A DNA stretch of 57,874 bases. Origin: Basidiobolus meristosporus CBS 931.73 (Eukaryota > Fungi > Basidiobolomycota). The translations under genes were made by a program, and so were the position numbers. Below, one piece after another: positions 47,946 to 57,600 of the stretch; positions within the stretch are counted from its first letter, which is position 1, and every line of letters starts with the position of its first letter. The stretch is from assembly GCA_002104905.1 (NCBI GenBank), contig MCFE01000561.1, positions 1-57,874 of the forward strand. The letters run 5' to 3'. Under the pieces are notes generated by a model that did no database searches, was not told the DNA's origin, and saw only the letters and a program-made list of their open reading frames with translations.

Positions 47946-48975
47946 AAGAAGGTACAAGAAAATGCTTTAATACAAAATGATAACCAACAAAGGAGGTACT
48001 GAATACCCTTTAAAGGCAATAGTAGCCTGTTTTGCAACTACTACAAAAAGAAAGGACACACTATAGACTGGTGCTTCATAGAGAGAGATAGTTGGCAAAA
48101 GAAGCCTGAAAATGGAATTGTTGCACCAACAGAACATAGTCTATGGACTTGTTTCATTGGATAGTGCCCCATTGAGCTATGAGTACCAAAAGTGCAATAG
48201 TGTGCCAGGGGGGGCAAGTGAGTATATACTTAGCAATAGAGTGTGATATATGGACCTTCCTCTTTGTGCAAAGCAGCCCCATTGTTTCACCCACTGTGCT
48301 TGAGAAAATCTATTTTTTGATCTTTTTTTTGGATCAATGTTGTGCATGATATGTACAAGCATGTAAGGAGCAAAGATATGTATCAGGCACCCAATACCCA
48401 TGGCACTCTGAGTCCAGCTCCCCAGGCTTGCAACATTTCACAAAAACTCATGGGACTATCTTGGCCCACTGGCATTTTCTGACACAAAAATTATAAATTA
48501 GCCTTGAAGTAAAACCTGTACAAAGCACTTATAGTGCCAGATAGTACCAGTGGACCAAGATACTGCCATGCTTTTTGTGAAATGCTACAAGCCTGGGGAG
48601 CTAGTTTCAGAGTGCCACAGATATTGAGTACTAGATGCATATCTTTGGTCCTTATGTGCTCTTGCATATCATGCACAACATTGACCCCAAAAAAAAGGTC
48701 AAAAATGGATTTTATCCAGCACAATAGGTGAAACAAAGGGGCTGCTTTGCATGAAGATGAAGAAACATATTTCACACTCTGTGGCCAAGTATAGGCTACT
48801 TGGCCCTGCTGGCACAATATGGCACTACTCAGTACTCATGGCTCAATGTGGCACTATCCAATGGAACAAGTATTTTTATTTGGCATCAACTACAACCACA
48901 AACAAGGATTTGCAGATGCAGCTCATTGACTCAGGAGTATCTCAACACTTTACGCACAAAAGAGAAGCTTCTATC
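47946..48975 (+). mobile_element. Copia gag/protease fragment interrupted by the foldback element
   Basis: AAATGATAACCAACAAAGGAGGTAC...TTTTGCAACTACT matches 36440-36500; after the insert, ACCACAAACAAGGAT...ATTGACTCAGGAG matches 36630-36680. Confidence 0.8.
48145..48870. mobile_element. Foldback / MITE-like element made of two long inverted arms
   Basis: Left arm about 48148-48484 is the reverse complement of right arm about 48533-48870 (roughly 80% by eye; e.g. CATTGGATAGTGCCCCATTGAGCTATGAGTAC vs GTACTCATGGCTCAATGTGGCACTATCCAATG). Spacer about 50 bp; TAT flanks both sides; the host copia sequence resumes in register. Confidence 0.9.
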
Positions 48976-49030
48976 TGTTGGGTAGTATTATGATTATTTT
49001 GGGGCTTGTTCTACATTGTATATTACAGCT

Positions 49031-50293
49031 AGAAAAAGCAGTATTTTTGCTGCAAAGAAGAGACTTAAGTAGCTGAATGTCACAGCCAAGAATTGAGCCA
49101 TTTCCCAATGGGACAGCAGAGGAACACTGTGCAGCCTTTGAAGCACAACAACAGTGCCCAAAGATAGAGCCCACAGAAAAGCCTATTGCTGCATGGGAGG
49201 GAGACAATGTGGTGTCTTGCCAAGGCCTAAAAATCAAAAGGCATCGACAATCTGTGAAGTCATTGAGTGCAATAATAAAGAGTAGGCTTATACTTAAGAG
49301 GCTGTCAGAAGCTTAGCACACCATCACCTGAAGGCTGGCATACCATGGGACCATCAAGAACTCAAGGCTAAGCAGAATGCACTTGACTTGTTCCATGAGC
49401 ATTATCCTGAGTTCAAACAGGCAAATGTATTTTAGGCCAGCATTGGTATGCTAAAAAAGTATCTTAAGAATATCAGAAATTGTGAAAGGCAGAGGAACAA
49501 GAGTGTCATGGCTAAAAAACAGCAGCTTCCTCAAGAGCCTGCTACAAGCAGGGCCAAAAGCTCCAGACAAGTGTCAAAGAGCCATTAGGTAGCTGGAAAA
49601 GTGCCAATTAAGGACAAAGAGGCAGACATGGATTCACCAGCACAACATTTATCAAGGAAAAAGCTTAGTACCACTCAAGAGGCACACAGTAAAAGTAGCA
49701 GTGAAGCACCAAGTAGTGATAAGAACCAGCCGCTTTTATAGGGGCTTGTCACAACTATGGTTGAGAGATCAAGACAAGCCAAAAAAACCTCAGGTTGCCT
49801 GAAGAGTGCCAGCAAGGGACAAGCAGGCCAAAATAGATGTGTCAGAGCATAATTTATCAAGGAGAAGATGTAGTTTGTTACAAGAAGCACGCAGAAAAGT
49901 AGCATTAAAGACCTGGTGGTGATAAAGGACAAGGTTAAGGGAAAATGTTTACCCAAGCCTGAGAGAGGAAGGCATGCAAAAAAAACTGCAGTTCTTGCCA
50001 ACTTTTGCCGCACGCCAGAAACAGACTGAATTACATCATAGACAAGAAGAGCTGCCAACAAGAAAACAGCTGTTTTTACAAGAGCTGGATGCGCAGCTGG
50101 TTGAGCTACACTCCATCAAGGTAGATGAGTTTGTTGAAAAGGTAACCTTTCTACCACAGCCTCCAGATCCTTCATTGTTGACAGAGTGCAGATCCCACAG
50201 ACAGACAAGGCTACAATGTCAAAGCTCAAAAGACTATCACAGTGCTTTCAGTGGAGTTTTGGAACATTCACAGGCACACCAAGAGGTTGCAGC
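49031..50293 (+). pseudogene. Decayed orphan ORF, copy 2, truncated by an LTR insertion
   Basis: Collinear with 46001-47270; ends at CACCAAGAGGTTGCAGC, where the TGTTACGAATAG LTR begins. Preceded at 48976-49015 by a copy of the terminus of the 34331-40250 element. Confidence 0.7.
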
Positions 50294-50351
50294 TGTTACG
50301 AATAGACACAAGGCAGGAGGAAAAGCTAGGCATGGCTGGAAAGGACTTATG

Positions 50352-50596
50352 TGTCACAGGTACTGGCGCAGGTACTTGCCTAATATAGAAGTACTTATAG
50401 TTAGTAATCTTACATAAAGTGAGGGGTAATTTATGCAATAAGGTGAGCAGGTGTGATAGTCAACCAGCTTATGGGATAGTACTAATTGGGTAAGACAAAT
50501 GGGATAAAACTAAAATAAGTGTAGTAGAGATATAGGGAAGTAGAAAATAAGGGAATGAGCACATCTGTCAGTGGGTGTCACTGTTACCCCACTACA
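50352..50596 (-). mobile_element. 245-bp LTR of the Gypsy element (isolated copy)
   Basis: Matches 54626-54870 with 9 differences, all transitions. No matching TSD (TTATG vs CTGTT). Confidence 0.92.
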
Positions 50597-50848
50597 CTGT
50601 TGGATAGTGCCACATAGTGCCAGCCTGTTTATAGTGCCGGATTAATCTGGCTCTCTATGGTACTATCTGGCACTATAATTTCTACCATGATGCCAGTGGT
50701 ATGATACAGTTAATGGTAATTTTACTCAATCTTACTTATGTTGCTCAGAATAGTGCTTTCCTTGCTTTATTTACTCTTCATAATGCTCCAGTCACATTTC
50801 TCTCAGTGGATGTCTTCTTGTATGAGCATACTGTGCATTAATAAGTAT

Positions 50849-51655
50849 CTAAACTATTTTACCTATTCTGCTATTTTCTCCTATACATGACTTTCCTCTG
50901 TATTTACCTACCAATATGCTGAATATCTTTGGATATCCAAATGTGTGCTCTACCCTCACTCTGAAATGATTAAATATCTCATTGTAGAGCTTCTGCTTCC
51001 TGCTAAGCACACCATTCCTTGGCTTCCTATAAGCTGTAATACATCCTAATCTGTGACAATCCTCTCCTATATAGGCTAAGTCTGCCATACATTTCTCCCC
51101 TCTACTGAACTCAGGATGATTCTCTACCCAGAGTGCTTTGTCATGCCTACTTCCAGCAAATGGCCCACTAAACCAGATGATGTTACCCTCAATGTCAGAC
51201 AGTGCTTGAAACTTCACACAGTGTGCCTTGTACTTGCCAGAATAAAAGTGCCTGTGCCCGCTAGAAGGTCTGCTGATCCTCACTGGGAAGGTATCCAAAA
51301 TACTCCTGATATGGAACCTGTTGCTGAACACTCTGGGATATGGAAGTCTATTGGAGCTTCTGAACCTAGTATTCCAAGCTTGCTCTAAGTCATTCATACA
51401 CTCTGCAAGATGGTTCTCCATTGCTGTCAGCTGGGAATGAGAGCTTCTAGGACTTTTGTTGCCATGGATGGTGGGATGAAACCTTGTAGGGCAATAGTTC
51501 TTGTAATAGCAGAGAAGCTTAACAAGGGATCTCCTTGAGTAGATTGGGGTTGATGGTCCACAATACTTGGAATAGATCTCCTCTAGTGTGGCAAAAGGAA
51601 ATCCAGTGGTAGTGATTGGATTGCCAAGAAAAGACCATTCAGATGAGGAATTCAT
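50849..51655 (-). CDS. DDE_Tnp_4-type transposase (IS5 / PIF-Harbinger / ISL2EU-like), 268 aa
   Basis: ILDTFPVRISRP...FYSGKYKAHCVKFQ...G.IIWFSGPFAGSRHD...MADLAYIG...YRKPRNGVL...YN...RVRVEHTFG contains the D-D-E triad and the diagnostic YSGK/HD/KP motifs. The extreme C-terminus may be degenerate. Confidence 0.9.
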   Translation of the reverse strand: MNSSSEWSFLGNPITTTGFPFATLEEIYSKYCGPSTPIYSRRSLVKLLCYYKNYCPTRFHPTIHGNKSPRSSHSQLTAMENHLAECMNDLEQAWNTRFRSSNRLPYPRVFSNRFHIRSILDTFPVRISRPSSGHRHFYSGKYKAHCVKFQALSDIEGNIIWFSGPFAGSRHDKALWVENHPEFSRGEKCMADLAYIGEDCHRLGCITAYRKPRNGVLSRKQKLYNEIFNHFRVRVEHTFGYPKIFSILVGKYRGKSCIGENSRIGKIV

Positions 51656-52013
51656 ATTAAAACTGGTGGATGATTGTATGGAGGTGGTTTGAATTGATTT
51701 GGTGCAATCCGCGTTATTTATCAGATTTTTAATGCATTATGATTAAATCACCATCAGTTACCATGTATCCCATCATTATGTTGCAAAAATCATCCGCAAA
51801 CAATGCCTTGGTACTTTTATTGAAGCTTTACTATAGGTCTATAATCAAATTGGAAATCTGCAATTGATGTGATCTTATCCATGTCAACACAATCCAAGAT
51901 GCATTATGCATAATATATGAAAAATTCAACAATCACATTAGTTTTCATATATATTTTGTATATGACCAGGTTGATGCCAATATACTGATGTATAAGTATC
52001 CAAATCCATTGCC

Positions 52014-53189
52014 ATGGTCCCCACACCAAGTCTCAACTCATCTTTAGTACAACCTAGACAAAACCCATCCCCCAGCTCACAAGTGCGGTCCGGACCGGAA
52101 AAGTCAATGTCAGATCTGTTTGAGTTCTTGCCAAATGACTTTAGTATGGCCCAAGTATCTATGATGAGCCTTCATATAGATACTTGGGCACTACTGATTA
52201 ATCTATCAGAACTAGATACCTTGGAGAGTCAACAAAGATGGAAGAATTTGAGTAGAAAGCTGTGGCATGAGTTCTACATCAAGATGCCAGCCAATGTATG
52301 TAAGAAGATATATAACAAGACAAGTATTGAAGTCAAGAATGAGCTGAGAGTGAGGGGATTTGATGAAGAAGCAGTTTGGGAACAATTTTGCACGCAATTT
52401 GCACAGTACAGGCTGGATGCGTCCATTTGTGCCTCAACTGTGGGAACCAAAGAGATTTTGAATGAGTTTTTGCCTCAAATGACTAATGCACTGCGTGATA
52501 TATTAGTAGCGCTAAGTGGCTTCCAAGAGCAATATACACAGGACTCATCCAGGCAACAGCTCCAAAGTATCACACAGGGGGTAAGTGAGTACCTTGAGGA
52601 ATCAGATGGTGAGCTTCAGAAGGAAAAATACAGACCGCAAGCAACATTGTCCAGATTGCGCCAGCATGCCTTGCTGGATTCCCTACCATCTCTTGCAACC
52701 ACTGCGCACCAGCGCACGTCAGTCCAGACTATGCCAACACCCTTTACCAGAGTGCCCCATGTTGAGTCAATGCACGTTGGGTCAATGCGCGTGCTTCAGA
52801 GCAAAACTACAGGAACTTGCCAAACTGCTCATTTAGACACAAGTCCATTGGAGCGGACCAAGTCACATCAACATGCAGCATCACATCAAACTCAGCCAAG
52901 GGCCATCTCAACGTGTCAAGGTGCGCCTGCACGTGCCATTTTGCCTGACCATCAGCAAGTTACTTCTGGTGAACTGACTGATGATTACCAACATGAAGTG
53001 CCTCAACCACCAGAGCCCTTGGCAAGTAAAACAACGCGTCAGCACATGGCATTCAGGCTGGTTCAGTTAGTTTGGTTAGAGCAATTCAGCGCGGCCAAGC
53101 CGCAGTATTGCACTCATCAACTAGGTGGCAAAATACTGACTACAAATGCCCAAGTAGCCAAGATGATAGTCAGCCAGGAAGTAGTATAG
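52014..53189 (+). CDS. Unknown 391-aa protein, head-to-head with the transposase
   Basis: Uninterrupted 1176-bp ORF in a region where other ORFs are broken. Helical, aromatic-rich N-terminal half and Q/T/S/H-rich C-terminal half. No family recognised. Confidence 0.65.
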   Translation: MVPTPSLNSSLVQPRQNPSPSSQVRSGPEKSMSDLFEFLPNDFSMAQVSMMSLHIDTWALLINLSELDTLESQQRWKNLSRKLWHEFYIKMPANVCKKIYNKTSIEVKNELRVRGFDEEAVWEQFCTQFAQYRLDASICASTVGTKEILNEFLPQMTNALRDILVALSGFQEQYTQDSSRQQLQSITQGVSEYLEESDGELQKEKYRPQATLSRLRQHALLDSLPSLATTAHQRTSVQTMPTPFTRVPHVESMHVGSMRVLQSKTTGTCQTAHLDTSPLERTKSHQHAASHQTQPRAISTCQGAPARAILPDHQQVTSGELTDDYQHEVPQPPEPLASKTTRQHMAFRLVQLVWLEQFSAAKPQYCTHQLGGKILTTNAQVAKMIVSQEVV

Positions 53190-54625
53190 GTGTGCAAAGT
53201 GAGTCACTACCAAATGCTTCAGTAGTAATCCCTGTGAGAAAAAAACCCAGGATAGGATGATGCAATTGCTTTGAATTGCTATTATTTGTAATGATCCCAA
53301 CAACTCATTTTTTTTGCAATCTGAATTGAGCCATTGCAAATCAGTGATCATCAAATTTCTGATATAAGTAATATCAAGATTGTCTCATATTTGAGACAGA
53401 ACCCCTGTAAATAAACACCCTGTATATATACATCATCTGTAATACCAGTGCAGATACTGGATCTGTTTTGCACATACCTGATTGCTTGCATGCTAGCTAT
53501 GACACCTTGTCCAATCACTGGGATCAAGGATATACTTGGTCAATGGGCAAAATGTGATATTTGAGGTCAAATTGGGTAGCTTGCTTAGTAGTCAATGAGC
53601 CGATTGGGGACTGCCAGCTTCAGGATACTTTTGGACCAATTAACCACTGAGATACTGTCCAATTGGAACGATGGTAACCAAAATGGTAAGTATCAGTGTA
53701 GGTTATAGTGTGATATACATTTATTTCCATTTACATTAAAGAAACATATCCAAATACCGGATTTTACCTGCCATAATAGCGGTATCTGATTGCGCACGTT
53801 GTGGTGGTGTATAAGTCCAAGGGAGAGATACGTCCAACACTTCTCAAGTGTTTTGTGTGTGGGGTGTTCACTGGGTGCGATAACCTCTGGCAAAAGCTTG
53901 CTAGGAATACTTGGGTTCTGTCTCTAATCTAATGTGAAGGGGAATAAAGCCACAAGCTTGTCAAGGGAAAACTATTGAGCTACAATCCCCAAATTAGTTG
54001 GCGTCTTAACAAAAGTATGTGCTGGGTTCAGCGTCCTTTGAGATGACAATGTACTAAAGCTTCCAAAGTCAAAACAACTGTAAACTCCACCAGCAGGGAC
54101 TTGATAAGAATGCAGCTTTGGTCAATAGTTACAAAGACAGAAAAGTATCTTTGCCTGTACAAGAACAAACTTGGGAAAGAATCAAATATAATAAAAGATA
54201 CCTACTCTGAGTATTCCTCACAAGTAGTGCCTCCAAGGTCAGTTGGCTGTCAGCGCAGTTTCCTGGGAGTGTCCTGTGGTCTAGGGTTGGAAGTTCAGGT
54301 AGCAGCAGGTAGCAGTGATCACACTAATCAACAAGTCGGTATATTGATAAAAGGGATGATGATTTATTGTTGAGGGATAGCCTCCCTTATATACTTTTCT
54401 TACCGGCTAAGTGATTACTAATCATGGTGTTCCAGAAGGTTCCGGAGATCAATAGAAATCTTAATGACATCAGAATGACCTAAGAATGTTCTAAGTAGGT
54501 GCCGGAAGGTTCTAAGAGGCACAGCACATCCAACCACTCAGGAATCAGTATTCTGAAACCTGTGTAACATGGGGATACCATATACGGTATGGAAATGGTA
54601 GGGATGGTGACACGGGCTGATCATG

Positions 54626-57600
54626 TGTCACGGGTACTGGCGCGGGTACTTGCCTAATATAGAAGTACTTATAGCTAGTAATCTTACATAAAGTGAGGGG
54701 TAACTTATGCAATAAGGTAAGCAGGCGTGATAGTCAACCGGCTTATGGGATAGTACTGATTGGGTAAGACAAATGGGATAAAACTAAAATAAGTGTAGTA
54801 GAGATATAGGGAAGTAGAAAATAAGGGAATGAGCACATCTGTCAGTGGGTGTCACTGTCACCCCACTACATCCACCCCCCTCTCAGCTTTGAACTTGGGT
54901 CAAAGCAAACTAATCTTGATGTGCAAAATTCCTATGCTTGAATAACTTAAGTCGATTTCCAGCAACTGGTGCTCTCAACTGGGTGTTGTCAAGCTCAGAT
55001 ATGTAATAACTTCCATTTCCAATCACTTTGGAAATGAGGTAGGGGCCAGTCCATTTGTTGTCAAACTTCCGACTCCATTGCTTGTCCAAGGTAGAATCAT
55101 AGAGTAATACTGGGTCTCCTAGTGATAGTGGTTTTGGTCTTGTTGGGTGTGATTTGTCAAAGGGCACCTTGTTCTTTAGTCGTGTATCCTTAAGTTGTTC
55201 AGCAGCTCTGCTGATATTCAAGTCATGGTGATCAAGTTGCTGTATGCAAGTTGCAAGGAGGTCTTCAGTCTGCATATTGGATCTCCAATTCAATGAGTTC
55301 CAAGTGACTGTGTTTAACTCAACTGGTAGTATGCAGTCATGTCCATAGAGTAGCTTGAATGGCGATAATCCAGTTGTCCTCTTAGTAGTAATTCTATCTG
55401 CCCAGAGTGCTAGATGTAATTGCTGTGGCCACAGTGTTGTGTTATTCTCACAGGCCTTGACAAGAGAGTTCACCAATGGTCCATGTCCTCTCTCTATCAT
55501 TCCATTGGCTTGAGGGTGGTAAGCTGTTGTGAAAGCTATGTGTATCTTGTACTTTGAGCACAACTCCTGGATCATTTGGGATGTCATCTCTCCTCTGTCA
55601 GCAACAAACTGTCGGATGCAGCCAAATCTGCAGATGATGTCTTCAAGTATAAATCTCCATATGGTATGGCTCTTGTTGTTGGGCAAGGCTCGAGCCTCTG
55701 CCCATCCACTAAGGTCATCTCTAGCAACAATCAGGTACTTTTTTGATCCAGCTGTTGGCATGTGGACAAGGTCAATACCAACCTTTTGCCATAGACAGAT
55801 TGTGTAAGTAGGATGCAGTGGTTCTTCATAACGCTTGGAGGATCTCTTCTGGCAGGCTACACATGACTCAACAAAGTGCTGGACATCATAGTACATGTTT
55901 TCCCAGTAGTACCTCTGAGCTGTGGTATTGTATGTGGCTTCTCGTCCTCTATGTCCTCCTGGTTCTCCTTGGTGGATACTTGTCATGATGTTCAGTTGCT
56001 CTTGAGGGGTGGTGACTACTCTTCTTGGCATAAGTCCAGGCTTCACTCGCTTAAAGAGAAGATCATCTTTAAGATAGTAGTGGTGTGCCTTCTTCCTGAG
56101 TTTTCTAAACTCCTGAATATCCATCCAACTAGGTTTCTTAAGTGTCCTTAGATATTCCTTGATCAGACTCCAGGTAGTTCTCTCTTGGTCTTTGATGGCA
56201 ATCTGTCGGATCTCTGCATCAATAATATCATCAAAGTGAGGGTCCAAGTCTTCAAATAATTGTGGTCCCTTCCTGGAGAGTGCATCAGCCATGACATTTG
56301 TCTTGCCAGGGATATGTTTGACCTCAAAGTCAAACATTTTCAGCCATGCCATCCATCGGTTTGTGGCATCATCAGGTAGGTCAGGCTTGTTGATCATTCC
56401 TATAAGTGGCTTGGCATCTGTCTCCAGGATAAAATGTGTCATGTAGAGTTGTGACTTCAGTTTCCTCAGCATCTTCACAACTCCTAGTAGTTCTCTCTTA
56501 ATCTGTGAGTATCTTTGTTCTCTAGGAGAGAATAGGCAGCTCTCATATCTGCAGGCATAGCGGTTGCCATCTTCATCATCTTGTCCAAGTAGTGCTCCAG
56601 CTCCTATGGGGCTTGCATCCACTGTCAAAATAGGTGGGCATTCAGTGTTTTGATAGTCAAGAGGTCTTAGAACTGGTGGAGATACTAAGGCCTCTTTCAG
56701 TAATTGCATGGCTTCTTCTTGCTCTTCTCCCCAGATAAATGGGGTATTCTTTCTCTGTAGTCGGTAGATTGGTTCTGCTATCTCAGAAAATCTTGGGATC
56801 CAGATCCTAAAGAACCCACAAGCTGCCACAAAGCCACGAGCTTGTGTTAGATTTGTGGGGGTAGGCCAGTTGCATATCTTTTGTGTCTTGGAGTCTCCAG
56901 GTGAGCGACCAAAGGTGTTGCATTTTTGTCCAACAATGGATATCTCTGATACACCAAAGCTGCTTTTCTCACCACTGATGGTGAGTCCAGCTTCTTCAAT
57001 GGCTCCTAGTATGGCATCATTGTCTGCAATATGGTCATAGACAAACTTTCTTACTCCAGGCATAACTTCAGTGGTGTCCCGGAATTTTGATCCTTTGATG
57101 CCTATGTCATCCACAAAGACAGCAAGTTTCTCAGGTATAAACTGGTATAGCACATTCACCATGCATCTCTGGAACTGAGCCACGGAGTTTGTAGCCCCTT
57201 GGCTGAGTCTTGTCATCCTTAATAGTCCAAATGGTGTCTGTAGTGCAAACATATCTCTTGATGTCTCATCAAGGGGAATCTGGTCATATCCTGAGTAGAG
57301 ATTGTATGTTGAGTAGATGGAGTGGCCACTAAAGCTTTCTGCAAAGTCATCAATAGATGGAGGTATAGCAGCATCTCTGATAGTGACAGCATTTGCAGGT
57401 TGCATATCTTGAATGAATCGGAGCTTTCCATTCTTCTTTTTGGTTACAAACCATCTGTTAGCATAGGGCCCATGGCAAGGTTCTAGGATACCAGCTTCTA
57501 TCTTCTTCTTAAGTAGGTCATGCACATCAGCTTGGAGTCCTCTGGGCAGTGGGTAGGGCTTAAATGACCAGGGTGTGTGGGGCACTGTATGAATCTTGAT

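Noticed and set aside
54910-55050. Chromodomain at the end of the Gypsy integrase
   Set aside because: The ORF stops shortly after the GPY module (FKHRNFAHQD*), leaving no room for a chromodomain.
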